From positions 1 to 52,895 of the IMG/VR virus record IMGVR_UViG_3300032050_000187: DNA of 52,895 bases; one strand, written 5' to 3'. The position numbers and the translations under genes are program-made. Below the pieces are notes generated by a model. The model did no database searches. It was not told the DNA's origin and was given only the letters and a program-made list of their open reading frames with translations. The DNA is from a virus. Lineage: Duplodnaviria > Caudoviricetes. Of the stretch, positions 35,113 to 46,000 are shown one piece after another; the stretch's first letter is position 1, and every line of letters starts with the position of its first letter.

Positions 35113-36078
35113 ATGAGCAACGTAGCTCTTTTTAACCCTTCCCAAGTCCCCGCCTTTGCACGCAAAGGTGAGTTGTCCGATGTCGCCAAAGCCCTTGCAG
35201 GCGGCGGTGCTGGCCAGTCAGGTGAGCGCATCTCCATCAAAGGCGGTGTGTTTCGTTTGTTGTCAGGCGGTAAAGAAATCGCTGCCATTGAGGAGCGCTA
35301 CCTCGATGTGGTGATCGTCAAAGCCGCGCCCAAAGTCGCACGTACCTTCTACATGAAGAAGTATGACGGCGAGACCGCAGCGTCCCCCGACTGTTGGAGC
35401 AATGACGGCGAGACCCCAGACGCCAAGTCCAAGAACCCCCAGGCCGACACCTGCAACGGCTGCACCCAAAACATCGCGGGTTCAGGCACAGGCAACAGCC
35501 GCGCCTGCCGCTACCAACAGCGTCTGGCTGTGGTGCTGGCCAGCGACATCGAGGGTTCAGTCAAGCAGTTGGCCCTGCCTGCCACCTCCTTGTTCGGCAA
35601 GGAAGTCGGCGAAGACCGCCCATTGCAGGCGTATGCCCGCTGGTTGGTGGCCCAGGGTGTTGACCCCAGCACCGTTGTGACCCGCATGAAGTTCGACACC
35701 AAGGCCGAAGCGCCCAAGTTGTTCTTCAAAGCCATGCGCTGGCTGACCGATGAGGAGTACGCCGAGGCCACCAAGCAAGGCGAGACCGAAGATGCCAAGC
35801 GTGCAGTGGTGATGAACGTGGCTGCTCAAGACAGCGTGCCTCCTGCCAACCCCCTGGGCGGCACACCGCCCAAAGCGGCCAAGGCCGCGCCTGCTCCCGT
35901 TGCTGAAGAAGAGGACGAAGCACCTGCTCCCGCCCCCAAGGCCAGCAAGAAGCCCAAGACCGAGCCTGTGGCTGACGCGGACGAGGAGCCGACCGTGAAG
36001 AAAGAAGAGAAGAAGCCCAGCGCTGTGCCCGGTAAGAAAGACTTGGCATCTGTTGTGGCCGATTGGGACGACGAGTGA
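35113..36078 (+). CDS. Putative single-stranded DNA-binding/annealing protein
   Basis: PDCWS.DG...CNGC..N..GS...RAC core, Pro/Ala/Lys linker, acidic-aromatic tail DWDDE. Confidence 0.6.
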   Translation: MSNVALFNPSQVPAFARKGELSDVAKALAGGGAGQSGERISIKGGVFRLLSGGKEIAAIEERYLDVVIVKAAPKVARTFYMKKYDGETAASPDCWSNDGETPDAKSKNPQADTCNGCTQNIAGSGTGNSRACRYQQRLAVVLASDIEGSVKQLALPATSLFGKEVGEDRPLQAYARWLVAQGVDPSTVVTRMKFDTKAEAPKLFFKAMRWLTDEEYAEATKQGETEDAKRAVVMNVAAQDSVPPANPLGGTPPKAAKAAPAPVAEEEDEAPAPAPKASKKPKTEPVADADEEPTVKKEEKKPSAVPGKKDLASVVADWDDE

Positions 36079-36085
36079 GGCCAAC

Positions 36086-36313
36086 ATGAAAGACAACAAA
36101 GAAGAAACCTTCATGCAGACGGTGTATGTGCTTAACGGCATCACCTATGTGCCGCACTACCGCAACCCCTCGGTCTTTGTCGGCCCAGGCTACCCGCGCT
36201 TCACACGCCAGCGTTACTCAGACACCGAACTGCGCAACGCAGGTGCGCAGCAAGGGGGCTTCCCGTTGTGGAAGCGCAGTAACTATGGCGTTGTGACAGA
36301 CCAGCAACCTTGA
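36086..36313 (+). CDS. Hypothetical protein
   Basis: YVPHY...FVGPG motif; SD GAGG. Confidence 0.6.
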   Translation: MKDNKEETFMQTVYVLNGITYVPHYRNPSVFVGPGYPRFTRQRYSDTELRNAGAQQGGFPLWKRSNYGVVTDQQP

Positions 36314-36317
36314 ACCA

Positions 36318-36337
36318 GCGGGGGCTTCGGCCCCTGC
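36318..36337 (+). terminator. cUUCGg hairpin, weak terminator or stabiliser
   Basis: GCGGGGGC-UUCG-GCCCCUGC with only a short U tract. Confidence 0.45.
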
Positions 36338-36352
36338 ATTTAGGAGAATCAA

Positions 36353-36571
36353 ATGCATAGCGAACAGAAATTTTGGATTTGTATGTGGGGCATGGTGGTG
36401 ACGTTTTTGATAACGGTGATGGTGTGCCTCACCCTGTCAGGGTTTGACCGCCGCGACAAGTGGGACAAGGCAGTGAGCAACGGCGCTGACCCGATGGTGG
36501 CTACCTGTGCTTTGTACAGCGCGGACACGAGCACCGCCATCTGCACAATCTTGGCGCAGAACCGCAAGTGA
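36353..36571 (+). CDS. Small membrane protein
   Basis: N-terminal hydrophobic helix; GADPMVATCA. Confidence 0.65.
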   Translation: MHSEQKFWICMWGMVVTFLITVMVCLTLSGFDRRDKWDKAVSNGADPMVATCALYSADTSTAICTILAQNRK

Positions 36572-36572
36572 C

Positions 36573-36851
36573 ATGGCCTACTCAGAAAAAACAATCAACG
36601 CGATCATGCGTGCGCCCAAGACGCTGGGGAACCAGCTAGGTCGATGGGCCGCGCACCACAACTTCTCGGTCGTGCGCATCTCCAAAGCTTTGGGTGTGTC
36701 CCGCCAGACTGTCTACAACTGGTTTGAAGGTGGCGACATCTTCCCCGCCTATGAGTTTCGGGTCGAGACCATGTTGAAATTCCTACAAACCGCCCACTCA
36801 GCCGATGACGCCTGGAGAAAAATATGCGCACACTACAACCTCGAACCCTGA
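36573..36851 (+). CDS. Cro/XRE-like HTH regulator
   Basis: SVVRISKALGVSRQTVYNWFEG. Confidence 0.8.
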   Translation: MAYSEKTINAIMRAPKTLGNQLGRWAAHHNFSVVRISKALGVSRQTVYNWFEGGDIFPAYEFRVETMLKFLQTAHSADDAWRKICAHYNLEP

Positions 36852-37009
36852 CTAACAGCGAACTCATTCGCATTGCGGCAGACGAACTGGACTCACACGA
36901 CAACATGCCCCGCGAATGGCAGCTTGAATTGCTACGCCGCTTCACAGCGCTGGCCCCCAGCGACGAGTACCCGCCCAAAGACCCACAGCAAATCGACCTG
37001 TTTAAATAA
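36824..37009 (+). CDS. Hypothetical protein with C-terminal QIDLF
   Basis: SD GGAG; QxDLF resembles a beta-clamp-binding motif. Confidence 0.55.
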   Translation: MRTLQPRTLTNSELIRIAADELDSHDNMPREWQLELLRRFTALAPSDEYPPKDPQQIDLFK

Positions 37010-37023
37010 GCCGAAGGACATCC

Positions 37024-39918
37024 ATGACCCCGCTTGAATTTCTAGCGGTCGTTTTGCCGTCCCCGGAATACGGGTACTACTGTGCGGCAGAGCTATCAAC
37101 AAAACAAAAGGAGCACATCTATGTCACAGCGCTTGAGGAGTTTTACCCCACCGTAGATCGTTGGGTCGATGAGGAGAAGAACGTCTTCTTCGCCCTGGCC
37201 ACGTTTGAGAACAACACCAGCCGCAAGGCTGAGAACGCCGCCTTCGTTAAGTCCTTGTTCATCGACATGGACGGCTACGCATCCAAGCGGCAAGCGGCCC
37301 TGGCACTGCACGCCTTTCTGGTGGAGACCGGGCTTGAGGAACTGGGCATGCCCTGGGTGGTGGCATCTGGCGGTGGTCTGCACTGCTACTGGCCCTTCAC
37401 CAAGGCGCTGCCCAAGGATGAGTGGAAGCTGATCGCTGAGAGCTTCAAGCGGCTGTGCAAGCAGTGCAAACTCAACATCGACATGACCGTCACAGCGGAC
37501 GCTGCCAGGGTGCTGCGCATCCCAGGCACACGCAACTTCAAAGAGAAGTACCCAGCCCCTCGGGAAGTCAAGCTGATGACCGAAGGCGCTGTGTTCGACC
37601 CTGAGATTCTGTCCGACTTGATAGTCAGCAAACTGGCCATTCAGCCTGTGCAGCCCGCCAAGCTGGACTTGCCGGGGAAGCGCCCCGATGCCGCCCCAGT
37701 ACCGACAGCGACCACGGCCAAGATGTTTGAGAACAGCGTGACCAAGTTCAAGAACATTCTGGTCAAGACCAAGGCAGGCAACGGCTGCGCCCAGCTCAAG
37801 CACTTTGTGGAGAACGCCGAGGAAGACGGCATGGAGCCGCTGTGGCGTGGGTGGCTGAGCATTGCCCAGAAGTGTGAGGACGGCGGCAAGGCATCGGCGT
37901 GGCTGTCAAGCCTGCACCCCTACCCCCAAGAGCGCATGGAGCAAAAGCTGCGTGAGATCAAGGGGCCGTACCCATGCGTCAAGTTCGACAGCGAGAACCC
38001 AGGGGTCTGTGACGGGTGTCAGTTCTTTTCCAAAATCACCAACCCACTTGCGCTTGGGCGCGAAACAAAGCTTGAGACCCAGGCCAAAGAGATCGAAGTG
38101 GTCATGCCTGCCGAAGCCAGCGGCATTGCGGCTGAAGTAAAAAAAGTCCTGCGCCCCACGCCGCCACGGGGCTACTCATACGGGACCAAGGGCGGCGTAT
38201 ACATTGACAAGGAGATCGAAGACGCTGAAGGCAACAAGGTAAAGAAGCCTGTACTCATCCTGCCATACGACTTGTTCGTGGTGGACATCCTCAACAACGG
38301 CGGTGAACACATTGTTCACATGCTTGCACTCAGGCCAGACGGGCCTGCAACCATCACCATGGCACAAAAGGCTGTGGTGAGCAAAGACGAAACTGTCAAA
38401 GCCCTAGCCACCCAGAACATCATTGCGGCGTTCGGTTCGGGCAATGACGCAAACCTATTTTCATATGTGAGAGCCGCCGTGGAAGAATCCAGCACAGGAA
38501 AAGCAGCAGTCAAAGTCCCCGCCAACTACGGCTGGCAAGACGACAACACCATCGTGTACGCAGGCAAGATTTACTCCACGGGCACGCCCATCTCGGTGCC
38601 CATGCCAGGGCTTGAGAACATCGTGGCCAATACCAAGCCGACCGGGACGATTGAAGCGTGGCGCAATTTTGTGAACCTGCTCATCCAAAAGGAGATGTAC
38701 GACCACTTGGCCATCATGCTTGCGGGTATTGGAGCGCCACTCATGCGCTTCACGGGCATGTACGGAATGACCTACCACTGCGGCTCTACTGAGTCAGGTA
38801 CGGGTAAGACGCTGGCGCTGGAAGCAGCCGCCTCAGTCTGGGGCCACCCCACCCACTACCGCACAGGTAAGAGCACATCGCCTGTGGCCATGCAGCAGCG
38901 CCTGGGTCTGCTCAACAGCTTCGCCCTGATAACGGACGAGATCACCGCCAAGAACCGCAAAGACTTCGAGTGGTTCCCTGAGTTCTTGCTGGACATGACC
39001 GAGGGCCGGGGCAAGGAGCGTATGGAGTCTGGCTCCAACAAGGAGCGCTTGAACCTGTCCACCTGGATGACCAACGCCATCATGTCGTCCAACACCCACG
39101 CCGTGGACATGCTGACCGGGGCACGCAAGCACGCATCCGAAGGTGAGCTGCGCCGCCTGTTGGAGTTCATCATGGACCAGCCCCTGACCTGGGAGCCGCA
39201 CGAGATTGAGATCGTCAAGTCCTTGCAGCACAACTACGGCGTGGCTGGGCACATCATCGTGGACTACATGGCCAAGAACGTGGACTTCCTGGCCAAACTC
39301 GTGCCCGACACTGTGCGCACCGCATACAAGGAGTTCAGCGCCACCAATGACGAGCGCTTCTGGATGGCTGGCATCGGCACCATCATCGCTGCCGGGGTCA
39401 TGATTAACAGCAAGCACGCGGGTGTGATCGACATTCCCATGATAAAAATCATTGAGCGCTTGCACAAGGTGATCGACACCATGCGCGGCAACGTCAAGGG
39501 CAACGCCCGCACCGCAGAGGATGTGCTCAACGCCTATACCCGCGACAACTATGGCAAGTTCATCATCGTCAAGCAAATTGAGCGTGGTCGTATCCTGGCA
39601 GAACTGGGCAACGGCAAGGAGGTGGACGAGTCCATCACGCGCTCAAGCGTCATGGGCCGGGTCGAGCACGGCTTCACGCCGGGGTACATCGACTACTACA
39701 TTGAGGAGAGTATGCTCAAGGCTTGCTGCGCCAGCATGAGCTACGGCTACGCCGACTTCAAGCGCAAGCTGGGGATGGAGTGTGCAGTCACTCCCATGCC
39801 GAAGAAGGACTTGACTGCAAAAACCCGTGGGCCTCAGATGCGCGTATCAGTGCTCAAGATCAGCAGACCCATAACCGATCTGGAAGATGACGATCCACTA
39901 TCCGTGGCAGCAGCTTGA
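37024..39918 (+). CDS. Primase-helicase (RepB-like AEP primase + Cys cluster + DUF927 helicase)
   Basis: FIDMD, SGGGLHCYW, RVLRIPGTRN; C...CDGC; Walker A SGTGKT, ITDE, GRGKER. Confidence 0.85.
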   Translation: MTPLEFLAVVLPSPEYGYYCAAELSTKQKEHIYVTALEEFYPTVDRWVDEEKNVFFALATFENNTSRKAENAAFVKSLFIDMDGYASKRQAALALHAFLVETGLEELGMPWVVASGGGLHCYWPFTKALPKDEWKLIAESFKRLCKQCKLNIDMTVTADAARVLRIPGTRNFKEKYPAPREVKLMTEGAVFDPEILSDLIVSKLAIQPVQPAKLDLPGKRPDAAPVPTATTAKMFENSVTKFKNILVKTKAGNGCAQLKHFVENAEEDGMEPLWRGWLSIAQKCEDGGKASAWLSSLHPYPQERMEQKLREIKGPYPCVKFDSENPGVCDGCQFFSKITNPLALGRETKLETQAKEIEVVMPAEASGIAAEVKKVLRPTPPRGYSYGTKGGVYIDKEIEDAEGNKVKKPVLILPYDLFVVDILNNGGEHIVHMLALRPDGPATITMAQKAVVSKDETVKALATQNIIAAFGSGNDANLFSYVRAAVEESSTGKAAVKVPANYGWQDDNTIVYAGKIYSTGTPISVPMPGLENIVANTKPTGTIEAWRNFVNLLIQKEMYDHLAIMLAGIGAPLMRFTGMYGMTYHCGSTESGTGKTLALEAAASVWGHPTHYRTGKSTSPVAMQQRLGLLNSFALITDEITAKNRKDFEWFPEFLLDMTEGRGKERMESGSNKERLNLSTWMTNAIMSSNTHAVDMLTGARKHASEGELRRLLEFIMDQPLTWEPHEIEIVKSLQHNYGVAGHIIVDYMAKNVDFLAKLVPDTVRTAYKEFSATNDERFWMAGIGTIIAAGVMINSKHAGVIDIPMIKIIERLHKVIDTMRGNVKGNARTAEDVLNAYTRDNYGKFIIVKQIERGRILAELGNGKEVDESITRSSVMGRVEHGFTPGYIDYYIEESMLKACCASMSYGYADFKRKLGMECAVTPMPKKDLTAKTRGPQMRVSVLKISRPITDLEDDDPLSVAAA

Positions 39919-40093
39919 GAGGGGGCAGGGGTTCTTTGTCCCCTGCCTCGATGTGGAACGCACCCGCGAGGAAGGGCTGCGCGAAGCGGTTAAGTGCAGA
40001 TTGAAGGATGCCCGCGCTGTGGTTGGCATCCACCGGGGTTTGATCGGCGTTGTGTTCAGCCGAGGTAACCTCGGGCACTCTCCGCCAGCTTGA
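39887..40093 (+). CDS. Small hypothetical protein
   Basis: YPWQQLERGQGFFVP motif; last rightward gene. Confidence 0.55.
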   Translation: MTIHYPWQQLERGQGFFVPCLDVERTREEGLREAVKCRLKDARAVVGIHRGLIGVVFSRGNLGHSPPA

Positions 40094-43000
40094 TGCGCAG
40101 TTGCTGCAACTTGTCCAGCTCTTCGCGCTTCTTGTCTGGTGTCAGGTTAGACGCTTTGATGGCGTTCATGGCCTTCGTGATGGTGCTCAACTGCTCTTGG
40201 ATGTTGCCCGCCACAGCCCCAGCAGCAATCTCTTTGGAGTTCTTTTGCAAGAACTCTCGGGCCTCAGACATGCGCCCGTCCTTGACCATATCCTTGAACG
40301 TCTTGTCGATCTGCTGAACTTCCTGCATGCGGTCGTATGTGGCACTCACAATACCAGCGGCATCGTTGGGCTGGAACATGGAGCCGATCACAGGCGTATC
40401 GGACAACCGCTTGGTAGCCTGCTCTGGCGTGCCCTTGGGCGGTGAGGGCATGGCAAAGTTTAAGGACTGCGCCAACGCAAGGCCCATTGTCCCGGTGTAA
40501 CCGCGAACCAAGTTTTCAATCTTGAGCGGGGATGTGCCTGTCAGCATACCAATTTGCTTGGCTACTTCAGAAGTGTTGTCGCGGAAGCGGTACTCAGGCA
40601 ACATCTGTTGCTCGGCCCTGGACTCGAGTGGGCGCTCGGTAAAGAACGAGTAGTTGGCCACGTTCTCAATGATGGGCTTGGCCAAGGCAGGCATCAGCAA
40701 GGATGTGCCGCCAGGGATGGTCTGTATGGCGATGCTCTTGAACGCTTTATACGCTTCTTCTGCGCCGCGCTCATTGGCCATGCTGTTGACCAGCGCCTCT
40801 GGGATGCCCTTAAAGATGTAACCAATCTCAAACGGCACCGGGATGCGCAATGGCTCATCCAAGCCTGGGATGCGCACAAAGAAGTTGCCGTACTTTTGCT
40901 CGGGCGTGGCGTTTTTGTACGCTTCATCGTCTTGCATCAGCATGGCGTAGGCTATCGCCGTGCCAGACAAAAGCGCTCCTCGGCGCAGCAACTTGCCCTG
41001 GATGTCCAGGCGCTCGTTCAATGGCATCTTGCCTGTCAAAGCGCGGTAGAGCACATCCAAACTCTGCACCTGTGCGTTGAAGAATGGGATGGCCGTGGAC
41101 AAGAACCGTGCCGATGGTGACAGCCCCTTGCGGTTGAAGTTCATGGATTCCAACGACATGAGCGTGGCTTCCATCTCCGACAAGCCCTGGTTGATGTAGG
41201 AGTTGTACTGGGCGCGGCGGGTTGCCGCGTCTGCCTCCATTGCAATACCTTCGGCACGGGCCACCAGTTGGCTCAAGCCCAGCTTGCCGTCTTGGAAATC
41301 TTTGAGGATGCGGGTCAGGTCTTCGTTGGTGCCCGTGAACACTTGCCCACCCGTGATACCCCTGGCTTCCAGCTTCTCTTTGGTGGCCGAACCGCCCAAC
41401 TGACGGATAGCGCCCATGATTGGGGTGAAGTTTGCGCCAGACAGTATGGGCGCAGCCACTGAGTCGCGGAACAACTGCCTGACTGGGTACAACGGACTGA
41501 GCATGACACCCTTGCGCACCATCGTGGCTGCGTAGCCCATGGCCCGGACAATTGCAGAGTTGTTGACGGGGATACCCGCCATGCCCTTGACCAGCAAATC
41601 CGCTGGGATACCTGTCTTGTCGGTCTCCACCAGCACGTACTTGTCTTCGCCCTTGAGTTTGAAGCTGACCACATCAGGGCCAGAAGTCGGGCTGATGAAG
41701 CGCCCCAAGCCCATGTCCACCAGATCAATCATGGTGTTTTTGGTAGCTTGGTTGCGCAGCGCAGCGTCCAGCAGCACCGATGTGTTCTGCACAGAACTGG
41801 TCAGGAAGTCGTAGATTTTCTGGTCGCCGCCAATCAACTGCTGCAACTGGGGCTGGTCTTTCAGGTTGCCCACCTTGAACGTGCCCTCGCCGCCAATCAC
41901 CAGTTCAGCGTTGCCGTTGCGCTCTCGGTAGTACGGGATGTAGTCGTTGGTTGCGGCCAGACGCTTGGCTTCCTCTGGGGAGAGAGCGCCTGTGTCTTCC
42001 ATGAACTTCATCAAGGAGCGGTTGTACTCGTTGTACTGCTTACGCGCCTTTTCAAACACGGCCTTGACTTCCGGATTGCTGTCGATCTGGCTTGCCGCAC
42101 GCTGGATTTGCTCTTTGGAGATGCCGTAGTTGAGCTTGTCGTAGCCCACGTTGGGGTTCTCTGCGCGTTTGTTGGCCAGATACAGCGTGAACAAGCGGTT
42201 GGCTGCTTCGGCATTCATGCCAGGAGCGCCCTTGAGGGTCTCGACAACGCCTGCCAGATTCGGTCCTTCCACGCTTTCAATGAGCTTTTCAATCTGCCCA
42301 TCAGCCCGCTTGTGGTCAACCAACTGGGGCACACCACGGGCCACCGACTGCTGCACAAACGACATCTTCTGGTCGGCCATGCGCAGGTAGTACATCATGC
42401 GCGTACCCTTGAATGGGTCGGCCATCTCACGGGCAATCTTCTCCAGCGGAGCCAAACGGTCAAGCCATTGTGTGCGCCCAGCCAACCCCAGGTTGGACTG
42501 TATCTGCTGCCCGATGCTCTTAGGTTTGGCAATCAGTTGGTCGGTTGTGGCCAACGCGTCTTCAAAGCCGGGAGCCTTGGCGGTGCGGTACGTGGCTTCG
42601 CCTGTGGCAGCTTCGCCGCCTAATGCTCCCACACCTTCTTGCACATACTTCCGAGCGTTGGCCACGATCTGGCGTACCTCGTTGTCAGTAACGCCTTTGA
42701 CACCAAATGTGTTGCTGAACCACTGCTTGATGGTTTCAAACAAACGACGCAACGCACTGCGACTGTCTGCGGTAGGTTCGGCACCTGTCTCGGCCATGTC
42801 GGCCAGCACTTCCTCAACGGCCACTTCGCGGGACAAATTCTTGTTGGCCCCCATCTTGGCATCAGCTTCACGGCGCACCGTGACGTTGCCGTCGTACAAA
42901 GAGTTCATGGTCTTGGCGTATGTACCGCCAAGCATCTCGCGCAGGCCGAAGTGGCCAGCCACTTCGTGCGCAATCGTCAAACCAACGTCATTGCCTGTGT

Positions 43001-46000
43001 GCAAGTTGGATGCCACTAAATACACGGTCTTGGTGTTGGGGTCGTACACGCCGGGGATGCGCCCAGTAACGCCGTCCTTGGCGGCTTGGTCTTGAATTCG
43101 CTGTGGCAGCTCCGACTCGTTCTCAACAACACTGACTTCAGGCGTAATGGCCCAGTCACTTAAGATGCGGTCAACCAAGCGCTTGACTTGTTGCGACTGC
43201 ATGCCGGGGCCAGCCTGGATGGAAGTGCGGAACACGCCCTTGCGTTCTGCTTTAAGTTCCAAGTTTTCTTCAGCTTCTTTGGCCTTGGTGTATGTCAGCG
43301 TAGCGGCTTTGGCTGCGCCTGTCACCTTGGATTGCCGTTGCCGCAAAGCACTGAGCGTGCCTTTGAGCGTGGCTTCTTTGGCTTCCAAGTCTTTCATCAA
43401 CGGCGTGAGTTTGCCCTTGACCTTGGCTTTGCCTGTACTGCGCAGGAACTGCATGCGCCGTTGAACGTCTGCCAAATCTGTGTTGACCTTCATCAAACGG
43501 TTGGTCACCGCAACGCCAACTTCTTCCAACGACACCTGTGGGCGTGGCTGTGTAACGCGAGACCCCAAAACTTCTTTTACCAGCGACGCTTGCTTAACAG
43601 GCTTGAGCTTGGGGGCTTTCTCGCCTTTGGCTTTGCGCCGCCTTGCGGCCACCACGGCTTCTGCCGCAGCGCGTCTGTCTTCGGTGTCTCTGCGTGCTTC
43701 TTCATCTTCCCGCGTCCGCAATTCAGTCTTGACCAACGGCGCGTTCTGGAACACGTTTTCCAGTTTGCTTTCTTGATCGGCAATCTTTTGCCGCAGCTCT
43801 GCCTTGGTGTCTTCGTTTGTGGCCTTGTCCAGTTGATCGTTCAAGCTGCCAATAGCGCGGCGAATCTTGGACATCTCCTGGCGCATCTGCGTGGTGTCTT
43901 TCTCCAACCGCACGCCTTCCAGCCCCAGTCCCTCACGCCCACGCTGCGCAGCTTGGCGCAACCGGGTTTCTTCTGCCGTGGCTTCTTGTTCGGCTCTGCG
44001 CTTTTCAGCTTCTGCCCCGGCCTTCTCAACACGTTCAGCCTCACGCTTTTCTTGCGTAACCTTATCCAGCTCAGCTTTGGCTTCGTCCGCTTCTACCTGG
44101 GCCTTCTCAAACTCTTTAAGTGCGGGCTGAGCAATATCGGTGTACGCTTTAATCTCTGCGCCAATCTGTGCCGCCAAATCTTCCAGCGGAGTAACAACGG
44201 CTTCTAGGTCAGCTAGTTTTTTACGCAGTGCAGGTTCTTGCGCCAACAGGTTGTTGATCTTCAACAACGTGCGCATGTCTGACGGCTCTTGCAAAACTGC
44301 CGCTTTTACGTCATCAATTTCCCGCAACGCTTGCTGCAAAGGAACAATGTGTTCGTTGCGTGCATCTTGGGCTTCTTGACGAACCGCTTCCAGATCGGAG
44401 CGCATCTCGTCTTTCCAACCCAACGCCAGAGCGCCTGTTTCCCGCGCCTTCTTGACCTGCTTGTCGTGCTTGGTTTTGGCGGCGTTGTATCGGTTTGTGA
44501 TGGTTGGCAGCGCTTTACCAACGGACTGCAATGCGGCCAAGTTGTCTGCGCGTTGTTTTTGAATGGCATCGCGCATGCCCTGAACGTCTTTGGAGTCCAG
44601 CAGCTTTTGAAAATTCGACGGCGTGGCACGCGCCACTTGTGCCCCGGCTTCGGGGAACATCTCAAGCTGTGGCTGGGCTTCTGTGTTCTTTGTGCGGGTC
44701 TTGCCTTCTAAGTCAGTGAAGGTTAACTTCTCACCCCTGGCAACCGCAGCGGTCTCTTCTTTTGACAACGGCGCTGCCGCGCTGCGTCCCGACACTTCCT
44801 GCGCCTTGAGCATCTCGCCCAGGTCACGCACAGCAAACGGGTTGGGCAGGTTGCCTTCGGCCACCATGGTGGCTTGCTCCCGTGCCAAGGAGATGAACTC
44901 GGGGTCGTTGGTGGTCTCCAACGCATCCCGCAACCGGGTCAACAAATCAACGGTGGCAGCGTCTGCTTTGGTTGGAGTGCCTGTTGCAAGAAAGCCAGGG
45001 TTGGTGTTGCCCGACACTTTGGCAGCTGCTAATATTTTGGCCAAGTCCGCCAGAGTGTTTGCTTCTTGTTTCTCTAAAACAGGTGCCGCACGGGTGCGCG
45101 TCTCGGCACTGCGCAACACCATCTCAATCACATTCAACGCACGTTGCTTCTCAGTCTTGGCTTCGCGTGGTTCTCCGCGCAGCGTCAGCTCATCAGGCGC
45201 AGCAATCCGTGGCCCCGCACCGCTGGGCTTCTTGGTCTTGCCTTCAAGATCGACTTGGCCCTGCTCTAACATCCGCGTAGCGGCATTTTGCAAGTTCTGG
45301 TAGACGGCATCCCGTGTTTGACCTTGCAGCACTTTGACGGCTTGGGCTGGCGCACCAAATGTGCCGTAGCGGCTTTCCAACTCATTGAGCGCTTCCAAAG
45401 AACGGGCACGGGCTTCGGCCTTTTCCCAGTCGGCCATCTCAGGCAAACCAAACGCTTTGCGTCGCGCTTCAATCTCGGCGGCATGCGCAACTACAAAGGC
45501 TTCTTTGGCTGCGCTGATCTGTGCTTCACGTTTGGCAGGCAAAACCAGTTTGCCAGTGCGTGCCGTATCCAGTGTCTTAATCAGCCCAAGCAACTGTATG
45601 CGCTGGGTGTCAGCATGCTGATCGGCAGCGGCTTCTTGTGCCCGCTCTTCAGGCAGCATGCCTTCTTGTAATTCACGCGTAAGTTTTCCACGACCTTCCA
45701 CAGCCCCTTGCTCTTTGGCTGTGCGCATCTCCGTGAGCAACGCTTCTTGCGTTTTACGGTCCCTTGTGATGCGTGCAATCTGAAATTGCGTCTGCAAGTC
45801 TTTAAGGTTCTGGGATGGCGATGCGCCAACACCTTCAACAACCCGCCCAGGGGTAATGCGCCCATTGGTCAACGGCAGCGTCTGAATTAACTGGTCAACC
45901 AGGGGCATTTCTTCTGGTTTCTCGGGCGTCTCAATGATTTCCTGCTGCTTCGACGGGAACCGCTCAGACAGCAGCTTTCCAGTATCACTGGCATAACCAC

